DNA of 62,975 nt, counting the filler. It is 6 parts of 6 records of this genome, joined end to end, with 100 filler letters (N's around TTAATTAATTAA, not from the genome) between each part and the next. Parts side by side here need not be neighbours in the genome. Positions count along the whole stretch, not along the records: positions 13,149 to 33,001 come from SRR31156797_16671; 5 more parts are not named here. One strand, written 5' to 3'. The notes under the pieces are model-generated. The model was not told the DNA's origin. It worked only from the letters and a program-made list of their open reading frames with translations, and ran no database searches. Shown piece after piece: positions 20,644 through 30,466 of the stretch. Numbering within the stretch: the first letter of the stretch is position 1; every line of letters begins with the position of its first letter. The translations under genes were made by a program, and so were the position numbers.

Positions 20644-21717
20644 ATGAGAAATTTAAAAACAATAGGGATGGGACTGATAGTGTTATTCATGCTTATAACA
20701 CAATCATGTACTAGCACAAACAACGATAAAAGTTTGGAACAAATGAAAAATACAGAACAGAAGGAACATTACACGTTTGAATTAAATGATAATGTAATAA
20801 GAGAAAAAGTAACTTTCACCAATCGTTACGGAATTACATTAACCGGAGATTTATATCTACCTAAAAACCGAGGCGAAGAAAAATTAGCAGCCATCTCAGT
20901 AAGTGGCCCTTATGGAGCTGTAAAAGAACAATCTTCAGGTTTATATGCTAACGAATTAGCTCAAAGAGGTTTTGCAGTGGTAGCTTTTGATCCTTCTTTT
21001 ACTGGAGAAAGTGGAGGCGAACCTCGCAATGTAGCTTCACCGGATATTAATTCAGAAGATTTTAGTGCAGCTATTGATTTTCTTGGAATTCAACCTTTTG
21101 TTGACAGAGAAAAAGTGGGTATCATGGGTATTTGTGGTTTTGGTGGTATGGGCTTAAATGCTACAGCTGCAGATAAGAGAGTTAAAGCCATTGCTGTAGC
21201 CAGTATGTACGATATGTCTCGCGTTACTTCAAAGGGATATTTCGATAGTATGACTCCAGAGCAACGTTCAGGAATGTTAGAGCAATTAGGACAACAACGT
21301 TGGAAAGATGCTGAGGCTGGAAAACCTGCATATGGTACGCAAGGGCTTCCTGAGGCTGATCAGTTAACCGGAAACGAACCTGAGTTTGTACAAGGTTATG
21401 TGAATTATTACAAAACAGAAAGAGGTTTTCATCCTCGTTCTATTAATTCAAATGGAGCTTGGACAGCAACAAATGCATTATCATTTATGAATATGCCATT
21501 AATGACTTACATCAGCGAAATTTCACCTCGTCCAATTTTAATTATAGCTGGAGAAAAAGCACACTCACGTTATTTTAGTGAAGATGCTTATAAAGCAGCC
21601 AATGAGCCTAAAGAATTAATGATTATTCCGGGAGCAGTTCATACGGATTTATATGATAAAACAGATATTATCCCATTTGATAAATTAGAGACTTTCTTTA
21701 AAGAAAACCTGAAATAA
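20644..21717 (+). CDS. Alpha/beta hydrolase (YcjY-like), probable lipoprotein
   Basis: Signal peptide with TQSC lipobox-like site; GAVKEQ, TGESGGEPR, GICGFGG nucleophile elbow, HTDLYD. Confidence 0.88.
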   Translation: MRNLKTIGMGLIVLFMLITQSCTSTNNDKSLEQMKNTEQKEHYTFELNDNVIREKVTFTNRYGITLTGDLYLPKNRGEEKLAAISVSGPYGAVKEQSSGLYANELAQRGFAVVAFDPSFTGESGGEPRNVASPDINSEDFSAAIDFLGIQPFVDREKVGIMGICGFGGMGLNATAADKRVKAIAVASMYDMSRVTSKGYFDSMTPEQRSGMLEQLGQQRWKDAEAGKPAYGTQGLPEADQLTGNEPEFVQGYVNYYKTERGFHPRSINSNGAWTATNALSFMNMPLMTYISEISPRPILIIAGEKAHSRYFSEDAYKAANEPKELMIIPGAVHTDLYDKTDIIPFDKLETFFKENLK

Positions 21718-21748
21718 GAATAAATAGAACAAAATACTAAGATTAAAC

Positions 21749-21778
21749 TTCCCAATGATCATTTTGTGTCATTGGGAA
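21749..21778 (+). terminator. Hairpin / probable terminator
   Basis: TTCCCAATGA...TCATTGGGAA about 30 bp after the stop codon. Confidence 0.55.
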
Positions 21779-22100
21779 TTCTTCATATATAACCATTTCA
21801 AAATTTCCTTGAAACATAAAGACAAGCTATTCTTAAAACTTATTAAGGTGTATAAATTATAAAATAGGTGGATTATCTGTGAAAACAGGTAGTTGAATAT
21901 AAAAACCGGTTTTAAATAATTAAGATATTCTTTAATATTGCTATGCTAAAAAGGCATTAAATCAATTAATTTAAGCTACTCTTAGTATAAAAATAATATG
22001 AAAAGGAGCATGATTACAATTGTTGTTATATAATCATAAAACCATTATCGTAGGTAAAGTAATCATGTGATTTTATGAGATAATGTATAAAATCTAACAA

Positions 22101-24881
22101 ATGAAAAAAATCAACAGTCTTGCCATTTTACTTTTAATAGTGGTAAGCAGTTTAATGCAGGCACAGCAAACAGAAAAGCAAATGCTGTCCGGGAATAGTA
22201 TTGAAGAAGGTACTACCTGGGATTTCTTTTGTACTGCCGGTAGAAATAGTGGAGAATGGACAAAAATTCGTGTTCCTTCCTGCTGGGAAACAGAAGGTTT
22301 TGGAACCTACAATTATGGGTATGAAAAAAATAAGGCTTCGGAGAAAGGCTTATATAAAACTACCTTTTCATTGCCTGAATCCTGGAAAGAGAAGCGTGTT
22401 TTTATAGTTTTTGAAGGTTCCATGACAGATACAAAAGTGGAAGTGAATGGAAAACAGGCAGGAGATATCCATCAAGGATCATTTTATCGATTTAAAAGAG
22501 AAATTACAGAACTTGTAAAGATGGATGAAGATAATCTACTGGAAGTGGAAGTGAGTAAAATGTCTTCTAACCAAAGTATTAACCGGGCAGAGCGCGATGC
22601 TGATTATTGGGTGTTTGGGGGAATCTATCGCCCGGTATACCTGGAGGCTGTTCCAAAAACATTTGTGGAATATACAGGAATTAATGCCGGACATGATGGA
22701 GAAATCGATTTGGAGATTCACCTGGATAAAGCGATTGCAAAGGCAAAAGTAAATGTGGATATCATAGAAGTGGTGACAGGGGAAAAAGTAGGAGAGTTTG
22801 AGTCAATAACAAAAGATGAAAGTAGCAAACTGAAAGCTTCTTCCTCTTTTTCGAACATAAAACCCTGGACAGCTGAAACACCGCACTTATATGATGCCAT
22901 AGTTACCGTAAGTCAAAAGGGAGATGTGTTACATACTCTTACCGAGCGTTTTGGTTTTCGTACCGTTGAAGTGCGACAAAGAGATGGTGTATACGTAAAT
23001 GGTAAAAAGATCAGATTTAAAGGTGTTAACCGCCATTGCTTTTGGCCAAGTACAGGGAGAACGGTGAATAAGGAGCAAAGTTTGATGGATGCTGAGTTAA
23101 TTAAGGAGATGAATATGAATGCGGTTCGTATGTCACATTACCCACCGGATAAACATTTTCTTGAAATTTGTGATTCTTTAGGTTTATATGTGATCGACGA
23201 GCTTTGTGCCTGGCAAAAACCATGGTATGATACCAATGTGGGAACCATTTTAGTGAATGAAATGGTAAAAAGAGACATCAATCATCCTTCCATAATCTTT
23301 TGGGCAAACGGAAACGAAGGTGGTTTTAACAGGGATTTTGATCCTATGTTCAAAGAGCTGGATATTCAGAAAAGACCTGTAATTCATCCTTTCGGATTAC
23401 ATGAAGGAATTAATACAGTGCATTACATTTCGTACAATTCGGGTATAAAAAACATGTTTAATGGGCGTGATATTTTTATGCCTACAGAAAGTTTGCACGG
23501 ATTATATGATGGCGGACACGGAGCCGGCTTGGATGATTATTGGAACCTGATGTTATCAAATCCGCTTTCTGCCGGTTTATTTTTATGGGACTTTTCTGAT
23601 GAAGGTGTTGTGCGTACCGATAAAGATGGTGTTCTGGATACAGATAAAGCTTCAGGTGCTGATGGTATCTTAGGGCCTTACAGAGAAAAAGAAGCTAGTT
23701 TTTATACCATTAAAGTGATATGGTCGCCCATTTATATCCCAAAGAAATACATTACGCCACAATGGGATGGGAAATTAAACATTGAAAATCGTTATGATTT
23801 TAACAATATTAATCAATGTAGTTTTTCATTTACTTTAAAGCGTTTTGATGGATTGAATGGAACCTTTAAAGAAGCAAAAGGAAGTGTAAAATCTCCAGAT
23901 ATTGCTCCTTGGACTGAAGGAGAACTGGAAATTGAATTGCCGAAAGATTGGAAGTCCTATGATGTGCTGTATTTGACTGCAAAAGATGATAAAAATAATG
24001 AAATATATACCTGGAGTTACGAATTAAATTCTCCTGCTTTTTTTGCTACGCGTGTTTTGGATATAGAAACAGATAAGGTCGCAAAAATAAAGAAAAGCGA
24101 GACGGATTCATTATATATATTGTCGGCTGGAGAAGTTAGTGTAAAAATAAGTAAAACAACAGGTATGCTAGTGGAGGTTGAAAGAAAAAACGGGATTATT
24201 CCTTTAACCAACGGACCTGTATTTATTACCGATCAAAACTTAAAATGTAATAAGGTATCACTTCGCAGCAGTATAGATGTCTACAGTATTGATGCCGTAT
24301 ATAGCTATCCAAACGGTTGGGATGCTTATCGCTTTAGCTGGACGATGCAACAAAATGGAGTATTACAATTAGATTACGATTACAGGCCTTGGGATAAAAT
24401 AGCAATGAGTGGTATTACTTTTAATTTTCCGGAAAAGGATATAGAAGGAGCTCAATTGTTAGCCAATGGACCTTACAGGGTTTATAATAATCGTTTAAAA
24501 GGAACTACTTTAAATATATGGGAAAAAGAATACAACGATGGAATAACGGGAGAGGTTTGGGATTATCCTGAATTTAAAGGTTACTATTCGTTATTCTATG
24601 GAATGAAGTTAAAATGCCCAACACCATTTGAAGTATATACAGCATCGGAAGATATATTCCTGCATTTGTTTACGCCAACAATGCAACGTCAGTACGATCC
24701 AAAACGAAATTTTACATGTCCTCCATATCCAACGGGGAATATCTCATTTATGGATGCGATACCAGCCGTGGGAACGAAATTTCAGCCAGTAGAAAACTTT
24801 GGACCCAAATCTCAATTGCACCGCTTTAAAGGATTCAGCGAAACGCCTAATATGATTAACCGTATTTATTTTAAATTTTGA
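22101..24881 (+). CDS. Glycoside hydrolase family 2 (beta-galactosidase-like), secreted
   Basis: Signal peptide; GGIYRPVYL, FGFRTVE, KGVNRH, NAVRMSHYP, WANGNE acid/base, MPTE nucleophile. Confidence 0.92.
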   Translation: MKKINSLAILLLIVVSSLMQAQQTEKQMLSGNSIEEGTTWDFFCTAGRNSGEWTKIRVPSCWETEGFGTYNYGYEKNKASEKGLYKTTFSLPESWKEKRVFIVFEGSMTDTKVEVNGKQAGDIHQGSFYRFKREITELVKMDEDNLLEVEVSKMSSNQSINRAERDADYWVFGGIYRPVYLEAVPKTFVEYTGINAGHDGEIDLEIHLDKAIAKAKVNVDIIEVVTGEKVGEFESITKDESSKLKASSSFSNIKPWTAETPHLYDAIVTVSQKGDVLHTLTERFGFRTVEVRQRDGVYVNGKKIRFKGVNRHCFWPSTGRTVNKEQSLMDAELIKEMNMNAVRMSHYPPDKHFLEICDSLGLYVIDELCAWQKPWYDTNVGTILVNEMVKRDINHPSIIFWANGNEGGFNRDFDPMFKELDIQKRPVIHPFGLHEGINTVHYISYNSGIKNMFNGRDIFMPTESLHGLYDGGHGAGLDDYWNLMLSNPLSAGLFLWDFSDEGVVRTDKDGVLDTDKASGADGILGPYREKEASFYTIKVIWSPIYIPKKYITPQWDGKLNIENRYDFNNINQCSFSFTLKRFDGLNGTFKEAKGSVKSPDIAPWTEGELEIELPKDWKSYDVLYLTAKDDKNNEIYTWSYELNSPAFFATRVLDIETDKVAKIKKSETDSLYILSAGEVSVKISKTTGMLVEVERKNGIIPLTNGPVFITDQNLKCNKVSLRSSIDVYSIDAVYSYPNGWDAYRFSWTMQQNGVLQLDYDYRPWDKIAMSGITFNFPEKDIEGAQLLANGPYRVYNNRLKGTTLNIWEKEYNDGITGEVWDYPEFKGYYSLFYGMKLKCPTPFEVYTASEDIFLHLFTPTMQRQYDPKRNFTCPPYPTGNISFMDAIPAVGTKFQPVENFGPKSQLHRFKGFSETPNMINRIYFKF

Positions 24882-25015
24882 TGTAAAAGGTTATTAATAA
24901 AGTAATATTGTAAAGATCTATTTCGTAATAGATTGCAATATATAAGAGCTATTAATTGTCAATGACAAATAAGCATGGACTAATAGTTAATTACAATAAT
25001 TCAGTTAAATAATTT

Positions 25016-25072
25016 ATCCCTCAAAATGCAATAGGCATTTTGGGGGATTTTTTATTCCTATTTCTCAGATAG
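25016..25072 (+). repeat. Direct repeat copy 1 (terminator-like hairpin plus tail)
   Basis: ATCCCTCAAAATGC-aatag-GCATTTTGGGGGAT + TTTTT, then CTATTTCTCAGATAG; near-identical to 28050-28111. Confidence 0.85.
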
Positions 25073-25632
25073 TAAATTTAAATATTTGGCTTAAAGAAGA
25101 TGTTGTCATCGTAATTTCATAAAATATAGATTTGATATAGTTTAATTCTTTGAAAAAAGAGTACCTGTTAGTAAAGAAAGAATTGAAGGGTGGCAGGATG
25201 GAAGTAATGTGACGGTTCGTTGCTTATTTTTTGTTCAACTAAATCGGAATTAATTAAAATATTTATATCATAATTGGCATTTGATATATTATTAATATAT
25301 TGCTGAAGAAATATATTTATGATTAATGTGAATAGATGTTAATTAAAGACTTAGTATATATTAATTGTCTTAATACCATGAGAAAAGATAACCATGGAGA
25401 GCTTGGTTTATGTAGGTATATTGTTGTTTGTTAGGCGTTTAGGGAATTGGGAGGTGGTTTTGTTGCTTTTTCTAAGAAATGCATAGGTCGTAAATTCTCA
25501 AAAGACGCATGATGGCTTATTAAGCTGAAATTTATATCGGATCATTAAAAATAAGATTATTGTTTATAATAATTGCTTAAATAAATCGACTATACTAAAA
25601 ACTATATTACTAAATGTTTAATAAAAAATACT

Positions 25633-28011
25633 ATGGGATACATTTTAGGGATTAATTCAAGTCACGATCCGAGCGTTTGTTTATTAAAAGACGATAAACT
25701 AATAGCAGCAATCGAAGAGGAACGACTGAATCTGGATAAACATTCAGCATTAATAAAAATATCCACAGTAGGTAGCCGAAGTTTAATCAAATATTTGCCA
25801 TTCTTGTCTATCAATTATGTTTTAGATTGTGCGGGTATTGGCATAGATGATGTGGACGAGATAATTATTAATGATTGCGACATGGTTATTCATAATGCTA
25901 CATTAAGTACGCTTGAATACCTGAAAAGTGTAATCCCGGTTAAAGATAAATCCAAAATAAAATACCTGACTCCATCTTCTCATCATCTGATGCATGCTTA
26001 CAATGCTTATTATCAATCAAAATTTACCGAAAGTATCATTGTGGTAGTTGATTCCTTCTCTGGTAAAGATTTGACGAAGAAAGATGATAAAGGAGTTTAT
26101 GAAACTATTTTTTATGCAAAAAACAATGAAATAAAAGAGATATATAAGCGCGAAAAATTACCCGGAGAAATGGGAATAGGAGCTCTTTATCAATTCTTTT
26201 GTAAGTTGCTTGATTTTAATACAAAGCTTTCATACGATGCACCTTATAACTATTTTAAAATTGGTTTTGATGAGGCTGGGAAATTAATGGGGCTCGCTAG
26301 TTATGGTAATGATGTGTATAGTGATACAATAACAAAAGTTAAGGATGGTGAGTTAAGCATAAAAATAAAAGACCTGTATGATTTCGGAATAAAGCACAAT
26401 ATTGTAGAGGAAATATTATATCCGGAGAATCTAAATAAATTAAGTTTGGTACCTGGGCAACAGCTTATAATGCCAAACAAAACCTATTCAGATTATACAA
26501 AAGAGATTGCACAGAATTACGCTTATTTTGCTCAGAAAGAACTTGAAAGAGCAATGGAGTTCTTTGTTGAAAAGGCTGATGGGTTCGTAAATTGTAATAA
26601 TGTGTGTATTGCTGGTGGAGTAGCGTTAAATTGCTTAGCTAATGGCAAGCTTTATAAAAAATATAACACCAAAAACTTCTTTATACCTTTTGCACCTGCT
26701 GATAACGGAAATGCATTGGGTGCATGCTTTTATGGTTATGCAGAACAGAATAAAAATATAGCTGGCTTAAAGGAAAGTAAAATACAATTTAAGAACCTGA
26801 CTCCATTCTTAGGTAAACCATATCAAATAAGTAAAGAAGAAATACTCGAAGCTGCCGAAATGCATGGTTTTGATAGAGATTCTTTAACAGTGGTAGAGTT
26901 AAAGAATGAAGAACTGGCACAAACGGTTGCCGAATATCTGAAAGAGGAGTTTATAGTGGCCTTAATTGAAGGAGGTTCTGAGTTTGGTCCTCGCGCTTTA
27001 GGACATAGGAGTATTTTAGCGAGCCCCATTAAAAAGGAAACCAAGGATTATTTAAATTTATATATCAAAAAGCGGGAGTGGTTTCGTCCTTTGGCACCTG
27101 TACTTTTAGAGGATTATAAAAATGTTTATTTCGAAGCTGAAAATGCAGATAGTCCTTATATGTCTAAAGTTGTTCAGCTTAGAGATAAGTATTCATTTAT
27201 CTCAGCTATTAAGAATATTGATGAAAGTTCCCGGATTCAAACAGTAAATAAGGACTATAATGGTGTATTAAAAGATATTATTACTGCCTTTGGCAAGATG
27301 AGTGATGTATATATGCTGTTAAATACATCCTTAAATTATAAAGGTTTGCCAATATTAGAGAATCCGCTCGATATATTTGCCATATATGAAGATATACCGG
27401 TGGATATTATTGTAATAAATAACTATCTGATTTACGATAAAGAAATTATTCATAATTTAATGATTTATGATGCGCTAAAAGACGATACAAAGATTGAGTT
27501 GGCTAATGATATGTTGAATTCATCTAACTTTTTTAGAGCATCAAGAATATTTGAGGATTTATATGTGAAAACAAATAATCCATTATTTCTTTTCGAAGTC
27601 TTCAAAATCCTTTTCAATTTAATTAATGAAGAGAAAAGAATTGAAGGAATATATAAAGCCTTAAGTCAACATAGTTCAGTAATATTTGAAAGGATAAAAG
27701 GTAGTCTTGTAGAACAGGAGCTTAGAGTATATTTAGGTGTGTATCAAATGGTACACTATGATAATAATACTGATTCATATGGCTTGAATAGTATGATAAA
27801 TGAAAATAGTGTTAGAACAATTGCGATGATATTTATGAAAGTACTTGCATATGCAAAAATGGAGTGTCCTAAATCTATACAGAGTGAGAATACTAAAATA
27901 TTTATCGAAAAATTGCTTCCATATACGGTTGATTTGGATGTATTTCAGTCTATTATGAAAATAATGAAGCAGGAGAAAGATAAAAAAGTACTTGAGGTAG
28001 CGGAATCATAG
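25633..28011 (+). CDS. NodU/CmcH/TobZ-family O-carbamoyltransferase with ~190-aa C-terminal helical extension
   Basis: HD, EEERL, HHLMHA, GKLMGLASYG, AGGVALNC, EFGPRALGHRSILA, KKREWFRPLAP, LLNTSLN. Confidence 0.9.
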   Translation: MGYILGINSSHDPSVCLLKDDKLIAAIEEERLNLDKHSALIKISTVGSRSLIKYLPFLSINYVLDCAGIGIDDVDEIIINDCDMVIHNATLSTLEYLKSVIPVKDKSKIKYLTPSSHHLMHAYNAYYQSKFTESIIVVVDSFSGKDLTKKDDKGVYETIFYAKNNEIKEIYKREKLPGEMGIGALYQFFCKLLDFNTKLSYDAPYNYFKIGFDEAGKLMGLASYGNDVYSDTITKVKDGELSIKIKDLYDFGIKHNIVEEILYPENLNKLSLVPGQQLIMPNKTYSDYTKEIAQNYAYFAQKELERAMEFFVEKADGFVNCNNVCIAGGVALNCLANGKLYKKYNTKNFFIPFAPADNGNALGACFYGYAEQNKNIAGLKESKIQFKNLTPFLGKPYQISKEEILEAAEMHGFDRDSLTVVELKNEELAQTVAEYLKEEFIVALIEGGSEFGPRALGHRSILASPIKKETKDYLNLYIKKREWFRPLAPVLLEDYKNVYFEAENADSPYMSKVVQLRDKYSFISAIKNIDESSRIQTVNKDYNGVLKDIITAFGKMSDVYMLLNTSLNYKGLPILENPLDIFAIYEDIPVDIIVINNYLIYDKEIIHNLMIYDALKDDTKIELANDMLNSSNFFRASRIFEDLYVKTNNPLFLFEVFKILFNLINEEKRIEGIYKALSQHSSVIFERIKGSLVEQELRVYLGVYQMVHYDNNTDSYGLNSMINENSVRTIAMIFMKVLAYAKMECPKSIQSENTKIFIEKLLPYTVDLDVFQSIMKIMKQEKDKKVLEVAES

Positions 28012-28049
28012 CAGATTTAATCTGTATGTAAAATAAAATACAAATATAG

Positions 28050-28111
28050 ATCCCTCAAAATGAATAGGCATTTTGGGGGATTATTGTTTCATATCTATTT
28101 ACTCCTGATAG
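28050..28111 (+). repeat. Direct repeat copy 2 (terminator-like hairpin plus tail)
   Basis: ATCCCTCAAAATG-aatagg-CATTTTGGGGGAT then CTATTTACTCCTGATAG. Confidence 0.85.
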
Positions 28112-28161
28112 ATTATAAAGCACCCAAAATACCATATTCAACACATAATAAGCATCACAAT

Positions 28162-28476
28162 CGATAAAAATGACCTGTTCTGCAGACGGGAAAGTGTATA
28201 ATGTTAAAACATTAACAGCTAATACCAACAGGAAAGATATTGAGCCTGACGGGGTGACATGTTAACCTGACGGGAAGACATGTTTGAACCACAAAATAGC
28301 TTCTGAGAATAAAAAAATAGCTTCTAAGACTAACGGGAAAGATATACATGCTGACGGGGTGACATGTTGGACTGTCGGGAAGACATGATTGCGAATAAAA
28401 ATAGACACTCAAGATCAAAAAATAGGAGGTAAGAACATAAAAATAGCATCTAAGGTATTTAGAATAAATAAGCATG
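28162..28476. repeat. Degenerate 21-bp-period tandem array (~15 units, two unit classes, 105-bp higher-order repeat)
   Basis: In-phase units, e.g. 28246 CTGACGGGGTGACATGTTAAC, 28267 CTGACGGGAAGACATGTTTGA, 28288 ACCACAAAATAGCTTCTGAGA, 28309 ATAAAAAAATAGCTTCTAAGA, 28351 CTGACGGGGTGACATGTTGGA, 28372 CTGTCGGGAAGACATGATTGC. Confidence 0.9.
28212..28475 (-). CDS. Possible 87-aa heptad-repeat peptide encoded by the array (expression unproven)
   Basis: ATG at the array edge; heptads LRCYFYV/LTSYFLI/QSCLPDS/PTCHPVS/LRSYFFI/QTCLPVR/LTCHPVR; the repeat continues past the stop. Confidence 0.3.
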   Translation of the reverse strand: MLIYSKYLRCYFYVLTSYFLILSVYFYSQSCLPDSPTCHPVSMYIFPVSLRSYFFILRSYFVVQTCLPVRLTCHPVRLNIFPVGISC

Positions 28477-28744
28477 ATTGAATGGTTGTATATATGGTCT
28501 GCAAATTCAACTACATATCATGGGTTTATATTTGATCAACAAAAAATGAAAATATTTACAATTTGATATTGACATAATTTCAAAACGGGGTTAAATTATA
28601 GTTAGATAAAGTAATTCAACGATGCTTTAATTATAGCAATATTAAATTAAAAAAGAAACACATCTTTAGCAAACCAGCTCAAATACAACGGGATGCTATA
28701 CTAATGGTTTCAAACATTAAGTATTCATTTTAAAAAGTACAACT

Positions 28745-29431
28745 ATGAATAAACTCATTGAATCCAAATTTAATTCAAACAAGCTAGTATTGGCTACATT
28801 AGAACATTACAATAGTATATATGCCCATATACCAGTAATGGTGGAAAACGTGAATATACTAAAGAACCTGATTCAGGATACAAATAACTTATCTGCTAAA
28901 GTTCAGAATATACCGCATAAAGTGGCAGGTAATAAAAGTATAACACGCGCTGAATTAGCGATCATATCCAATAAAATAAGTAATATTTTATTAGTATATG
29001 CGAATATGAATCATGAACAAAATTTACAGGACTTTCTGATTACTTCAGAAAATGTTTTGCTAAAACAAATGCGTGGTCGCGAAATATTGGATTATGCAAA
29101 GAATGTATTGGATAGGGCTATTGAAAAAGGAGAAGCTTTAAATAATTATGGTATTACACCTGAAATGATTAATGAATTGTCGACAGGCATTAACGACTTT
29201 GAAGGTGTAATAGCACAACCAAGGGAACTTATTGCCAAAAGAAAAACGCATAATGAACTAATGACAGAATCTGTGGTAAAAGCTTCTGATATTATAGAAG
29301 ATAAGATCGATCCGTTTATGGAACTGTTTAAAAATAATAAGGAATTTTACCTGGAATATAAAACGGCTCGTATAGCTGTTGATCCAGCTTCTCGTTCACG
29401 GAAAGAAGCAACGGAAGATATCAACGAATAA
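28745..29431 (+). CDS. Uncharacterised all-alpha protein (228 aa)
   Basis: Long ORF with A-rich start context and a downstream terminator; amphipathic helices; LxxYGIT and FYxEYxxARxxxDP motifs. Confidence 0.8.
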   Translation: MNKLIESKFNSNKLVLATLEHYNSIYAHIPVMVENVNILKNLIQDTNNLSAKVQNIPHKVAGNKSITRAELAIISNKISNILLVYANMNHEQNLQDFLITSENVLLKQMRGREILDYAKNVLDRAIEKGEALNNYGITPEMINELSTGINDFEGVIAQPRELIAKRKTHNELMTESVVKASDIIEDKIDPFMELFKNNKEFYLEYKTARIAVDPASRSRKEATEDINE

Positions 29432-29463
29432 ACTTCATAAATAATAGGTTGAATTACTCAAGT

Positions 29464-29504
29464 AAAGGATGTTAAAAAGTAAAAGCTTTTTAGCATCCTT
29501 TTTT
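29464..29504 (+). terminator. Intrinsic terminator
   Basis: AAAGGATGTTAAAAAG-taaaag-CTTTTTAGCATCCTTT + TTT. Confidence 0.8.
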
Positions 29505-29941
29505 ATTGTAATGTACATACATCATTAAGTGATGACAAATTATAGGTTCAGAAAAGGTTGAGTTATTCGCATATTAGAGTATTTTAATTACTTATATTAT
29601 AACTAACTTTTCATATATGGATTTAATGCTTATTTTTACTATAATTATAACAAAATGAATGAGATAATGAGGTGTAGATTAAAGATTGTAAATGCGAAAA
29701 TCTATTAATTCATAAAATGAAATCGAATCTTTTAGCCTTAATAATGTGTTTGTTGGCACGGTATTTATTGCATCCTTTACTGTAAATACTAATAAAGTTC
29801 TTATTGTTGAGATGCTCAATCATAAAGCATCATATTAACTTTTTAATTCTTGATTTATCAATTCTGAATGGATCACAAAAACTTTGCATAAAGTATAACG
29901 AATTTGATCGAACAATAATAATAAACTATAAAGGTAAAAAA

Positions 29942-30397
29942 ATGAAAAAATTAGAAGTAAGCTCAGAAGGAACTCATTACTCTACTATTGATTTAGGATA
30001 TTTAAATAATTTAATGGAGTATTCATACATGCATCCTAAAAGAAACCAGGAAGTACAAGGAAAAGTATTTATTGGAGAATGTTTAAAATCGAGCAGTGCT
30101 GAGATATCTTTTACGGTATTGCCACCCAAAGCTGAAATGCCTTTTTTTCATCAGCATAAAAATAATGAAGAAATATATATCATTTTAAAAGGTTCAGGAC
30201 AATTTCAAATCGATGAGGATTTATTTAATGTTTCAGAAGGCTCTATTATAAGAGTTTCACCAGAAGGAAGAAGAACCTATCGAAATAATTCGGATGAAGC
30301 ATTAACATTTCTGTGTATTCAAATTAAAGTAGGTTCATTAGAGCAATTTAATGTGGAAGATGGATTCCTGGCAGAGGGTAAAACGTTATGGAGGTAA
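29942..30397 (+). CDS. Cupin domain protein
   Basis: PFFHQHKNNEEIYIILKGSG cupin motif; ATG at 29942 preferred over the TTG at 29804. Confidence 0.85.
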   Translation: MKKLEVSSEGTHYSTIDLGYLNNLMEYSYMHPKRNQEVQGKVFIGECLKSSSAEISFTVLPPKAEMPFFHQHKNNEEIYIILKGSGQFQIDEDLFNVSEGSIIRVSPEGRRTYRNNSDEALTFLCIQIKVGSLEQFNVEDGFLAEGKTLWR

Positions 30398-30466
30398 ACA
30401 TCCATATTAGAATACACAAAGAAAATTTATACTAAAATAAAATAAGATATTTATTGCAGTTAAATC

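Noticed and set aside
25394-25486. 30-aa hydrophobic ORF MESLVYVGILLFVRRLGNWEVVLLLFLRNA upstream of the carbamoyltransferase
   Set aside because: No independent support; such ORFs arise by chance in T-rich DNA
28162-28476. CRISPR array interpretation of the 21-bp repeats
   Set aside because: Units are contiguous and degenerate, with no constant repeat or unique spacer alternation, and no cas genes are present
28569-28597. TTGACA-17-TAAATT promoter before the helical protein gene
   Set aside because: Contig appears Bacteroidota, whose primary sigma factor uses TTTG/TAnnTTTG; a chance match is likely
29804-29941. 46-aa N-terminal extension of the cupin from the TTG start
   Set aside because: Looks like promoter DNA; ATG at 29942 has the typical A-rich context
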